Position numbers and translations under genes: made by a program. The notes under the pieces were generated by a model. That model searched no databases and was not told where the DNA came from. It saw nothing but the letters and a program-made list of their open reading frames with translations. A stretch of DNA of 64,000 bases from Alphaproteobacteria bacterium (lineage in GTDB: Bacteria; Pseudomonadota; Alphaproteobacteria; Rs-D84; CACZYB01): positions 10,496 through 74,495 of the forward strand of contig JBJEXC010000002.1 of the NCBI GenBank assembly GCA_051885355.1, read 5' to 3'. Shown here in pieces: positions 10,056 through 18,965 of this stretch (the first letter of the stretch is position 1; each line of letters starts with the position of its first letter).

Positions 10056-10304
10056 TTATAATTCTTCCTTTATTGTTCCTTGTTTATCTTTGTAGCGGAA
10101 AGTTATACGACCCTTTGTTAAATCGTATGGTGTCATTTCGATATTTACGACATCACCTACCATAACCCAGATTCTAAACTTTCTCATTTTCCCAGCGGTA
10201 TGGGCAATAACTGTATGACCGTTTTCAAGTTCAACTTTGAACATTGCGTTTGGAAGTTTATCAATAACTGTTCCTTTGAATTCTAATAATTCTTCTTTAT
10301 CCAT
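10056..10304 (-). CDS. infA: translation initiation factor IF-1
   Basis: S1-like OB-fold sequence [37 protein letters not shown]…GD. Confidence 0.9.
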   Translation of the reverse strand: MDKEELLEFKGTVIDKLPNAMFKVELENGHTVIAHTAGKMRKFRIWVMVGDVVNIEMTPYDLTKGRITFRYKDKQGTIKEEL

Positions 10305-10390
10305 AAATTCACCTTTTTTGTTGTTTTTGTTTTTTTAATTTTATATCATTATAAACCAGAATTAATTAAAATTGCAACAAGGATTTAAAA

Positions 10391-11341
10391 ATGTCATATT
10401 TAGAGCATTTTCATTTTGATAAAGAACCTTTTATTGATAACTCTTTTAACTATATTTATGAAAATAAAAAGCAATTTAAGATTATAAATGAAATATCTGA
10501 TTCTATCAGATTTAATTCTGGCATTTACAGTATTATTGGTGGAAATGGGGTTGGTAAAACTTTTGTCTTAAAGCAAATTCAAAAAAATCTTTGTAATAAT
10601 GATATTGTCGTTTTTATACCTTCTTCTGATAAAACTGATATATTGAAGATGATTTCTGAGAAACTTTCTTTACAAACAAAAAAAGGCAATGTTGATGACG
10701 TTTTTCAACTTCTTTCTAAATTTCATAAAAAGGGGCAAAATATTATACTTATAATTGATGATATGCAGGAACTTGATAAATCACAAATCAGAAACCTTAC
10801 CTCTATTATAGAAGTTATTGGATATTTAAAAGTGATTGTAAGTGGTAATAAAAGTTTAAAAAAGATTTTAAAAAATAAAAATTATTCTATTTTAAGGGAG
10901 AAGAAAGTAAAAAGTTATAAACTTTCGCATTTTTCATTTATTTCTGCTATGAGGTATATAGATTCTATATCTGTTAGCGCTTTATCGCTTAGTCAATATA
11001 AAAAGGTTATAGGATTTATGCCAAGGGTTGTTATTTCCTTTATTTCTAACAGAAATATTGACAATATTAATCTTATTACTTTGGAAGCGATAAAAGATGC
11101 GTATCAACAAAAACAAAGCAAAGTGAAACTTAAAAATGTTTATAATGTGGCAAAGAAAAATTTTGATATAGTTATGGAAAATATTTATTTTAAATTTCAG
11201 AAGATTTTTCTTTTTATACTTATAATTTTATCTATTTATTATTGTGTAAGGCTTGTTGCGGACAGGCAATATTTGCTTCAAAAAATTGAAGTGGAAAAAT
11301 CTATTGATGAGCAAGAAAAAAGTTTTGAAAAACTTTATTAG
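10391..11341 (+). CDS. ExeA/GspA-like AAA ATPase with C-terminal TM helix
   Basis: N-terminus YLEHFHFDKEPF…, Walker A GGNGVGKT and Walker B IILIIDD match the ExeA-family layout. There is a hydrophobic segment near the C-terminus. Confidence 0.5.
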   Translation: MSYLEHFHFDKEPFIDNSFNYIYENKKQFKIINEISDSIRFNSGIYSIIGGNGVGKTFVLKQIQKNLCNNDIVVFIPSSDKTDILKMISEKLSLQTKKGNVDDVFQLLSKFHKKGQNIILIIDDMQELDKSQIRNLTSIIEVIGYLKVIVSGNKSLKKILKNKNYSILREKKVKSYKLSHFSFISAMRYIDSISVSALSLSQYKKVIGFMPRVVISFISNRNIDNINLITLEAIKDAYQQKQSKVKLKNVYNVAKKNFDIVMENIYFKFQKIFLFILIILSIYYCVRLVADRQYLLQKIEVEKSIDEQEKSFEKLY

Positions 11342-12975
11342 TATTTCATAGATTTTAACTTATTATAGGTATTAGTATCTTCTATAATTTTTGTGGAAAT
11401 TTTGATTGGTAATTCTTGTGCACTTTTAAGTGGGTAAAGGGATTTACAAGAATTTCTTATCCTTTTGACATCAGTATCAGTTGGGGTGCTTATAAATCTT
11501 TCTCTGTTATCCTTAAATTTATCTTCTTTAACATTTTTAATGAATGTATCAATGTCACTATCAGAGGTAAAACTTGATACGCATACAAGTGGTATTACAC
11601 CAACTTTGTTTAATACATAATCGTTTGGAGATACGGCCTGTTTTGTTGTAAATTTTATTTGTGATTTGTTTGGTAAATCAAAGGTTTCAAAAATTGTTCC
11701 CTTACCAAATGTTGGTGAACCAACAAGAACTGCTCTGTTATTTGATTGAAGAATGAATGCGAAAATTTCTGCTTCGCCCTTTGTTGTATTATCAGCAAGA
11801 ACAATTATAGGTTTTCCATTTAATAAATCGCCCGATTTTGCTGTATAAACTTGGTTTTTATTTTCGCCTAAGCCCTTTGTTTTTAAAATCTCACCACCAG
11901 AAATGAATAAGTTGGAGGTTTCTATTGCCTCTGTCAAATCGCCACCGTTGTTTGCCCTTACATCTATTACAATACCATTTATATTGTTTTTATTAAGGTT
12001 ATCAATTGCATCTTTTACTTCGTAAGATGATTTTTCCTTAAAATTGGTAATAGAAATTACTGGAACTTTTGGATTGGAATTATCAACAAAAACTGATGGT
12101 ATTGTGAATTTATTCCTTTTTAAATATTCTTCTTCCTGTTTGCCACTTATATAACTTATATAATTTAAATGAATGATAGAGGAATTGTCGTTTGTGAAAG
12201 TTGCTTCTATCTCTTCATCTTTTAATTTTGATACTGGGGTAGCGTTTATGTGTGTTATAACATCACCTTCTTTTATATTTGAAAAATATACAGGAGATTC
12301 ATTTATAATACTTAAAACTTGAAGTCCATAAGGAATTTTTCTATATGTAAAACCGAGCGAGTGGGAGTTATAACCCTTTTGTTTCTTTTGAAGGCTTATA
12401 TAATCCTCATAAGTTGCATTTTCATCTAAACTTTTAAGTAAATAAGTTGATGTGAGGTAGAAAATTTGTTCTGGGTGAGCATTTTTTACAATAGGATTTT
12501 TTTCTCTTAAACTTAATATAATATTTACAATTAAGTTTGCCCATGCCTTTGCATCGCCTTCGGTAGGAGTTGTAAAGTTGCCAACTAACTTTAAATCCTT
12601 ATCGTGAATTAGAACACGACTGTTTGCAATGGTGATTTCCAATTTACCAGAAAAGCCAGATAATCCCTCCAAAATGTAATTTAATAATTTTTCGTATGAA
12701 ATGTCATAGATATAATTATTTTGAATATCTTGAAGAAGGTTTGTGTAAAACTCACTAGCATTTTGAATGGAAAAATTATCTACTATATCTGTTCCTTTTA
12801 GCCAATATTCGCCCTTGTTATAGGAATATTTTTCTCTGTCTGCCTTTGTTATAGGAATTATTTCAACAGAATTAGTATTTTTTACTATGTTAGTTGGGAC
12901 TGTGTTAGATAGGGAAATATTAGGTATAAAGATTATACCTAATAAAAATTTAACTATTGTTTTTGTTCCCCCCAT
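11338..12975 (-). CDS. ctpA: S41 family C-terminal processing peptidase homolog (CtpA-like)
   Basis: Signal peptide, PDZ segment, NGIVIDVRANNGGDL and TFGKG motifs. The canonical SASASE catalytic Ser block reads TTKGEAE (see findings). Confidence 0.7.
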   Translation of the reverse strand: MGGTKTIVKFLLGIIFIPNISLSNTVPTNIVKNTNSVEIIPITKADREKYSYNKGEYWLKGTDIVDNFSIQNASEFYTNLLQDIQNNYIYDISYEKLLNYILEGLSGFSGKLEITIANSRVLIHDKDLKLVGNFTTPTEGDAKAWANLIVNIILSLREKNPIVKNAHPEQIFYLTSTYLLKSLDENATYEDYISLQKKQKGYNSHSLGFTYRKIPYGLQVLSIINESPVYFSNIKEGDVITHINATPVSKLKDEEIEATFTNDNSSIIHLNYISYISGKQEEEYLKRNKFTIPSVFVDNSNPKVPVISITNFKEKSSYEVKDAIDNLNKNNINGIVIDVRANNGGDLTEAIETSNLFISGGEILKTKGLGENKNQVYTAKSGDLLNGKPIIVLADNTTKGEAEIFAFILQSNNRAVLVGSPTFGKGTIFETFDLPNKSQIKFTTKQAVSPNDYVLNKVGVIPLVCVSSFTSDSDIDTFIKNVKEDKFKDNRERFISTPTDTDVKRIRNSCKSLYPLKSAQELPIKISTKIIEDTNTYNKLKSMKY

Positions 12976-12983
12976 ATTTTTCC

Positions 12984-13877
12984 TTACTTTATTTTTGATT
13001 TATTAAATAATAACAGTGATGATGTTGATATAAACATAGAGGAATAAGTTCCTGCTATTATACCGAACAACATTACTGCGGAAAAGCCACGCAAAACTTC
13101 ACCACCAAAAAAGAAAATTGCAAGAACCGCAAAAATGGTTGTGAAACCTGTTAAAACAGTTCTTGAAAATGTTTCATTTATGGAAAGGTCTATCACTTCA
13201 CTTAATGATTTTGATTTATACTTTTTAAGATTTTCTCTTATTCTGTCGTATATAACAACTGTATCGTTTATGGAATAACCAGCAAGTGTTAGTAATGCTG
13301 CCAAAGTTGTTAAATCAAATTCTATTCCAGTTATACATAACATTGCAAGAGCAAGCAAAACATCGTGCAAAAGGGAAATTCCTGTTCCAAAGGCAAATGG
13401 AAGTTCGAATCTTATCCATATATATATTGAAATTACTAATATGGAAAGAAGAACTGCTAAAACGCCATTTTTGATTAAGTCGGCACCAACCTTTGGTCCA
13501 ACTATTTGTGTATTTCTGTATTCAACCTCTTCTCCTAAAATATTTTTAACAGATGCAAGGTCAGTTGAAATTTCTGTTTCATCCTTTGCCCCTTGTGGAA
13601 GATAGATTGAAACAATATCCCCAGTATCACCTTGGGATTGAATTTGTGGAGAAAATGATTTTAGTTTATGTCTTAAATCCTCTATATTTGCGACTTCCTT
13701 AGTTTTGATTTCAATTAAAACACCACCGGTAAAATCTATACCATAATTAAATGGTTTTACACACAATGTAATGATTGATGAAAGAACTAAAAGAACAGCA
13801 ATTGATACGAAAATTGTGTTTTTTTTCATTATTTTAAAATGTGTTTGGATAGGGATAAGTTTTATAAGTTTAAACAT
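12984..13877 (-). CDS. secF: protein translocase subunit SecF
   Basis: 297 aa, 6-TM, SecF-typical sequence (…GIDFTGG…; …INDTVVIYDRIRE…). Confidence 0.85.
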   Translation of the reverse strand: MFKLIKLIPIQTHFKIMKKNTIFVSIAVLLVLSSIITLCVKPFNYGIDFTGGVLIEIKTKEVANIEDLRHKLKSFSPQIQSQGDTGDIVSIYLPQGAKDETEISTDLASVKNILGEEVEYRNTQIVGPKVGADLIKNGVLAVLLSILVISIYIWIRFELPFAFGTGISLLHDVLLALAMLCITGIEFDLTTLAALLTLAGYSINDTVVIYDRIRENLKKYKSKSLSEVIDLSINETFSRTVLTGFTTIFAVLAIFFFGGEVLRGFSAVMLFGIIAGTYSSMFISTSSLLLFNKSKIK

Positions 13878-13889
13878 AATAATTCCTTT

Positions 13890-14183
13890 TTACTCAATTA
13901 TTTTTGGAACTGTGAAAAATTCACCCTCATCATCAGGAGCAGGAGCAGAAGATAAAACCTCTTCTCTTGTATTTTCAACAACTATTGTATCAGTTCTTCG
14001 TGGAAGTGGGTGATCCGCAACGGAAATAAGTGGTTCAACACCGTCAACATTGACATCGTCAAGCCCCTTTATCCATTCAATTACATTTTCAAGTTCACCA
14101 GTCATTTTTTCGGCCATTTCATCGGTCATACCGATACGAACCATTTTGGCATTTGCCTTTACTTTTTCTTTTGTAAAATACAT
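13890..14183 (-). CDS. gatC: Asp-tRNA(Asn)/Glu-tRNA(Gln) amidotransferase subunit C
   Basis: 97 aa; GatC-like sequence (…ELENVIEWIKGLDDVNVDGVEPL…). Confidence 0.8.
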   Translation of the reverse strand: MYFTKEKVKANAKMVRIGMTDEMAEKMTGELENVIEWIKGLDDVNVDGVEPLISVADHPLPRRTDTIVVENTREEVLSSAPAPDDEGEFFTVPKIIE

Positions 14184-14361
14184 ATTATTTCCTTTGTTAT
14201 TTTGATTTGGATTTTAGCACAAGTTTTTTATACCAGTCAAGGAAAACTATTTTTATTATTGTTTTTTTGGTGAAGATGTTCCTACTGACTATATCTTTTG
14301 ATTATATTATAATGATTTTATCCATAAAGGATAAATATTAACTAATGAAAGGAATAAAAAA

Positions 14362-14577
14362 ATGCATAAAATGATGAATTATATTTGCACACCTTTAATG
14401 ATTATTGGTGCTATTAACTGGGGTTTAATTGGTGCTTTTAACTTTAACCTTGTATCTGTATTATTTGGTTCTATGTCTATACTTTCAAGAATTATTTATA
14501 TACTTGTTGGTATTGCTGGACTTTGCGGTATATATATGTATGGAAAAACTTGCCAAATGGCTAAAAATAATAAATAG
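14362..14577 (+). CDS. DUF378 family small membrane protein
   Basis: 71 aa, two TM helices; the IGAINWGLIGAFNFNLV pattern is typical of DUF378. Confidence 0.55.
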   Translation: MHKMMNYICTPLMIIGAINWGLIGAFNFNLVSVLFGSMSILSRIIYILVGIAGLCGIYMYGKTCQMAKNNK

Positions 14578-14598
14578 TTTTTTGGTTTGAAATTTAAA

Positions 14599-14628
14599 GC
14601 TCAGTTTTTGCAAACTGAGCTTTTTTTT
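14599..14628 (+). terminator. rho-independent terminator
   Basis: gctcagttt-ttgc-aaactgagc perfect 9-bp stem followed by a T8 run. Confidence 0.65.
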
Positions 14629-14695
14629 ATTTTCTTGAATAAATTAAGTTTTTATTCTAACTTACTTATATATAAAAAAATTTGAAAGAAAGAAA

Positions 14696-16150
14696 ATGCA
14701 AAAGATTAAAAATATGAATAAATACTTAAAGGCAACAGTCCTTGTTCTTGGAATTTTAACTATTGTTCGTTTGATATTGGCGGGTTTTATAGGGCTTGAT
14801 GGTGGTCCAGCATATTATGCTATGTGGAGCAGACATTTAGAACTTTCGTATTTTGACCATCCTATGATGGTTGCCGTTATTGTAAGGATTTCCACATTCT
14901 TTTTTGGTTGGAATAATTTCGCGATAAAATTGCCTTCTATTTTGATATATCTTACAACTTCTATATTTATGTATAAATCTATCAAATTATGGGGTGGTAA
15001 AGATAAAGGCGCGTTTTATGCGGTAATGTTTTTTAATTTTATACCATGGATTGCGGAAAGTTTCGGGATAAAGGCTGGTAATCCGGATATTCCTTTTCTT
15101 TTTTGCTATATGATGGTGTTTTATTATTTTTCGAAACTTTATAAAACTGAAAATCCTAATAATTGGTATTTTATTGGGTTATGGACGGCTCTAGGACTTC
15201 TTTCTAAATACAAAATGGTATTTGTATACCCTGCTCTTTTATTATGTATGTTAGGAATGCCAAAGTTAAAATCACAATGGAAAAAGCCACAACTTTATAT
15301 TTCCGGTCTTTTTGCACTTATTGGGATCCTGCCAACGGTCATTTGGAATATTAACAATGATTTTGCATCATTTTCATATCATTTAGTTGAAAGGCAAGGT
15401 CATTTTGGCTTTAAACCTATGCAACTTTTGAAATTTTTGGGAAATCAGGTTGCTATTATGGGTGTATTTATTCCAGTTCTTTTGTTCATAAATGCTTATA
15501 AAAATAAATCAAGCGAAGTAGGAAAAGCAACGATATTTTTTGTTGCTCCGGCAGTAGTAGTATTTTCATTTGTTAATTTATTTTTCGGGCAAAGTATGCA
15601 AAATTGGTGGGCATCTGTTTATATGATTTTGCTTGTTTTGTATGGAGTAAAAAGAGTCCTTAACAAATATGATAAATGGATTTTGAATTTTACTGTTATT
15701 GTATCAATAATTGGGACAGTATTTTATGTATATCCGTTTGGTGTTAAGTTGAAAGAGACAACAAACTTTCTTGACCATCATTTGTTTGATGAAGCATCAG
15801 CACATCTTGAAAAAATAATAAAGGATAGAGAGGCAAAAGGTGAAACTGTTTATGTGGGAACTCCACGATATAGAACTACGGCTATGCTTGGAGTTTATAT
15901 GCCTAATCGCAAAATCTATTCTATGGATTACAGGAAGGGGGACCAGTTCCAAATATGGTATAATCCAGCGGAACTTATTGGTAAAAATGTGATTTATGTT
16001 GCGGGTGGTTCACAGGCAAAACAAAAACCTGAAAATATATTTAATGCAGATGAAATAATTTTGTTTGATACACAAAAATATGTATATAACCCAGCTTTTT
16101 CACGCACTTTTTATTTTTATGAGCTTAAAAATTACAAGGGGTTAAAATAA
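14696..16150 (+). CDS. ArnT/PMT-like (GT39/GT83) membrane glycosyltransferase
   Basis: 484 aa polytopic protein; N-terminal loop LDGGPAYYAMWSRHLELSYFDHP is typical of the dolichyl/undecaprenyl-phosphate sugar transferase family. Confidence 0.6.
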   Translation: MQKIKNMNKYLKATVLVLGILTIVRLILAGFIGLDGGPAYYAMWSRHLELSYFDHPMMVAVIVRISTFFFGWNNFAIKLPSILIYLTTSIFMYKSIKLWGGKDKGAFYAVMFFNFIPWIAESFGIKAGNPDIPFLFCYMMVFYYFSKLYKTENPNNWYFIGLWTALGLLSKYKMVFVYPALLLCMLGMPKLKSQWKKPQLYISGLFALIGILPTVIWNINNDFASFSYHLVERQGHFGFKPMQLLKFLGNQVAIMGVFIPVLLFINAYKNKSSEVGKATIFFVAPAVVVFSFVNLFFGQSMQNWWASVYMILLVLYGVKRVLNKYDKWILNFTVIVSIIGTVFYVYPFGVKLKETTNFLDHHLFDEASAHLEKIIKDREAKGETVYVGTPRYRTTAMLGVYMPNRKIYSMDYRKGDQFQIWYNPAELIGKNVIYVAGGSQAKQKPENIFNADEIILFDTQKYVYNPAFSRTFYFYELKNYKGLK

Positions 16151-16608
16151 TGTTTAAGCGATTTTTAAAATTTGGGATAGTAGGTGGATTTGGAACAATA
16201 GTTAATCTTGTGATATTCGCCCTGCTCTCATTTGCTGGGATAAATTCTATAATAAGCGCGATAGTGTCTTTTATAGTTGCGGCGACATTTAACTATATAC
16301 TAAATTCGCTTTGGGTTTTCAAAGACAGAGGTCACAACTGCACAAAAACATTATGGGTAAAGTTTATGTGTGTATCTGTGTTTTCCCTCTGTATAAACTT
16401 AATTGTGCTTTTTATTATGGAAAGATATATTATGCCAATGATGATAAAATGGTGGCTTGTTGAAAAAATAATGCAAATTACAGCCGGAATTTTGAATGTA
16501 AAAACTATATCGAAAATTATCGCTCTTTATTCGCAGGCAGTAGGTATTGCTTGTTCTATGATTTTTAATTTTATAGGAAATAATTGTATAACTTTTAAGA
16601 AGAAGTAA
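16150..16608 (+). CDS. GtrA-family membrane protein (polysaccharide-synthesis flippase-like)
   Basis: 152 aa, 4 TM, GtrA-like; start overlaps the stop of the upstream glycosyltransferase. Confidence 0.6.
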   Translation: MFKRFLKFGIVGGFGTIVNLVIFALLSFAGINSIISAIVSFIVAATFNYILNSLWVFKDRGHNCTKTLWVKFMCVSVFSLCINLIVLFIMERYIMPMMIKWWLVEKIMQITAGILNVKTISKIIALYSQAVGIACSMIFNFIGNNCITFKKK

Positions 16609-16612
16609 AATT

Positions 16613-16631
16613 TGGCTGGGGTAAATGGATT
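16613..16631 (-). other. tRNA-Gln 3'-end fragment (19-nt direct repeat of 16757..16775)
   Basis: tggctggggtaaatggatt is identical to the 3' end of the intact tRNA-Gln 126 bp away. No complementary 5' acceptor half exists, so this is not a full tRNA. Confidence 0.5.
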
Positions 16632-16756
16632 GTCTGCTCGTTCCTCGCATTCATCTTGTCAATTTGCTTCGCAACCGGCAAAACTTTTTGCCTATTGACT
16701 GCGATTCCGAACCACTTCGTGTGGTTCAAATCCTAATCAACTTCACTCATTATCCT

Positions 16757-16830
16757 TGGCTGGGGTAAATGGATTCGAACCACTGTTAACAGAGCCAGAA
16801 TCTGTTGTCCTACCACTAGACGATACCCCA
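16757..16830 (-). tRNA. tRNA-Gln (anticodon CTG)
   Basis: The reverse complement TGGGGTATCGTCTAGTGGTAGGACAACAGATTCTGGCTCTGTTAACAGTGGTTCGAATCCATTTACCCCAGCCA folds as a cloverleaf. Anticodon stem is ACAGA/TCTGT and the loop is TTCTGGC. CCA is encoded. Confidence 0.85.
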
Positions 16831-16881
16831 AAACATCCTTAATTATATAACTACTTACTTTTAAATCAATAAAAATATAAT

Positions 16882-16910
16882 TTGACATAGGGTTTTTCAT
16901 AAAGTAGAAT
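16882..16910 (+). promoter_or_regulatory. sigma70-like promoter upstream of uvrD/rep
   Basis: TTGACA, 17-bp spacer, TAGAAT; about 30 bp upstream of the helicase start. Confidence 0.5.
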
Positions 16911-16942
16911 CTTTGTAGAACAAATTAGGAAAGTTGAGTCAA

Positions 16943-18964
16943 ATGAATATTATTGATAGTGAAAAAAATTTGCCTGAATGGCTTGTGAAACTTAATCCTG
17001 AACAAAGAGAAGCGGTGGAAACGACAGAGGGACCTTTGTTGGTGTTGTCCGGTGCGGGAACTGGAAAAACTCGCGTGCTTACTTCTCGTATTGCCTATAT
17101 CATATATAAACAACTGGCTTTACCATGGCAAATTTTGGCTGTGACCTTTACTAATAAGGCTGCAAATGAGATGAAAAATAGAGTTAAATCTATTATAGGC
17201 GACGGCGCGGATAGTCTTTGGATTGGAACTTTTCACTCTATTGGACTTAAAATTGTAAAGCGCTATCACGAAATTGTTGGGCTTAAAAATAATTTCCTTA
17301 TTTTTGATGATAATGATCAAAAGATACTTGTTAAAAAAGTTATGGAGGAGGATTTAAGGATTGATACTAAGCAATGGCCTCCGGCTTATGTGCTTGAAAC
17401 TATATGCAGATTGAAAGATAAGGGATATTACTTTGATGATGAAAATATAACTATGAATGATGTCGATACTATTAATGGGCGACTTTTGGAAATATATAAG
17501 ATTTATCAGCAAAAACTTCGCGAACTTAATGCTGTGGATTTTGGGGATTTGCTTTTATATCCGCTTATGATTTTTGAAAAAAATCCGGCTGTTTTGGAAG
17601 AATTTCAACATAAATTCAAATATATTTTGGTGGATGAGTATCAGGATACAAATGCTGTGCAAGATAAACTTTTAAAACTTTTATCAAAGATGCATAACAA
17701 TATTTGTTGTGTTGGTGATGATGACCAATCAATATATTCATGGCGAGGTGCTGAAATTGAAAATATTTTGCGATTTGAAAAGGATTTTGAAAATGCAAAA
17801 GTGATAAGGTTGGAAACTAACTATCGTTCTACAACTCATATACTTAATGTTGCATCTGCTTTGATTGCAAAAAATAAAGACAGACTTGGGAAAAGGTTGA
17901 AACCTTGTGATGCTGTGGTTGCAGAAGATTCTAAGAAAGTGCAAATACATGGTGTTTGGAATGGTGATGAAGAGGCTCATAGTATAGTTGATGAAATAGA
18001 ATATTATCAAAGGAAGGGATTTTCACTTTCTCAAATGGCGGTGCTTGTAAGAGCAGGGTATCAAACAAGACTTTTTGAAGAATCATTTATAAGAGCCGGA
18101 ATTTCATATAAAATTATTGGTGGGCTTAGATTCTATGAGCGACAAGAAATAAAGGATATTATTGCGTATTTAAGGTTGCTTGTTTATCCGCAAGATAATC
18201 TTTCGTTTGAAAGAATTATAAATGTACCAAAGCGAGGAATTGGGGATAAGACTTTGCAAAATATAAATATTTATGCAAGAAATAATCATTTATCTTTGAT
18301 TGAAGCAAGTGAAGAAATGCTAAAAAGTGGAAAAATAACCGGAAAAGCAGGCTTGAATATGCAAAAGTTTGTTGACGATTTTCATAAATGGCGAACTATT
18401 TATAATGGGGATGCTGTGGATTTATTGGATAATCGCAAGGTGACAGAGCATTATCAATTAGTAGAAATGATTGTTAATGAATCAGGCTATATTGATATGT
18501 GGCAAAATTCCAAAAAGGCGGAGGCGGAAGCAAAACTTCAAAACATAAAGGAATTTTTGGGAATCATAAAGTCGGATTTTGAAACTATAAATGAATTTCT
18601 TGAATATATAACTTTGTTTACTGAAAATAATGAGGCAAGTTTGGCAAATCAAGATGCTGTATCTTTGATGACTTTACATGCAGCAAAAGGGCTGGAATTT
18701 GATATAGTATTTCTTCCTGGATGGGAAATGGGTATATTTCCAAATGAAAAATCAACTTCTGAAAGTAGTAGTTCGGTTGAGGAAGAAAGAAGGCTTGCTT
18801 ATGTTGGAATAACAAGGGCAAAGAAAATTGTGGAAATTTATTATGCGGGAAGTCGTATGGTATTCGGACAATGGCAACAAAATCTTCCTTCTATTTTCCT
18901 AAATGATTTGCCGGAGGAAGATATTGAGCATACAAGTTTTTCAAATGCCTATATTTACAGATAA
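16943..18964 (+). CDS. uvrD: UvrD/Rep-family ATP-dependent DNA helicase
   Basis: Helicase motifs GAGTGKTRVL, DEYQDTN, GDDDQSIYSWRGA and …VGITRAK. The ATG at 16943 is preferred: the track ORF starts at a TTG at 16934, and an SD (aggaaag) sits 9 nt upstream of the ATG. Confidence 0.85.
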   Translation: MNIIDSEKNLPEWLVKLNPEQREAVETTEGPLLVLSGAGTGKTRVLTSRIAYIIYKQLALPWQILAVTFTNKAANEMKNRVKSIIGDGADSLWIGTFHSIGLKIVKRYHEIVGLKNNFLIFDDNDQKILVKKVMEEDLRIDTKQWPPAYVLETICRLKDKGYYFDDENITMNDVDTINGRLLEIYKIYQQKLRELNAVDFGDLLLYPLMIFEKNPAVLEEFQHKFKYILVDEYQDTNAVQDKLLKLLSKMHNNICCVGDDDQSIYSWRGAEIENILRFEKDFENAKVIRLETNYRSTTHILNVASALIAKNKDRLGKRLKPCDAVVAEDSKKVQIHGVWNGDEEAHSIVDEIEYYQRKGFSLSQMAVLVRAGYQTRLFEESFIRAGISYKIIGGLRFYERQEIKDIIAYLRLLVYPQDNLSFERIINVPKRGIGDKTLQNINIYARNNHLSLIEASEEMLKSGKITGKAGLNMQKFVDDFHKWRTIYNGDAVDLLDNRKVTEHYQLVEMIVNESGYIDMWQNSKKAEAEAKLQNIKEFLGIIKSDFETINEFLEYITLFTENNEASLANQDAVSLMTLHAAKGLEFDIVFLPGWEMGIFPNEKSTSESSSSVEEERRLAYVGITRAKKIVEIYYAGSRMVFGQWQQNLPSIFLNDLPEEDIEHTSFSNAYIYR

Positions 18965-18965
18965 A

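Noticed and set aside
16613-16690. A possible second complete tRNA upstream of tRNA-Gln(CTG)
   Set aside because: Only the 3' 19 nt match. No complementary 5' acceptor strand or cloverleaf can be formed, so it is treated as a fragment or att scar.
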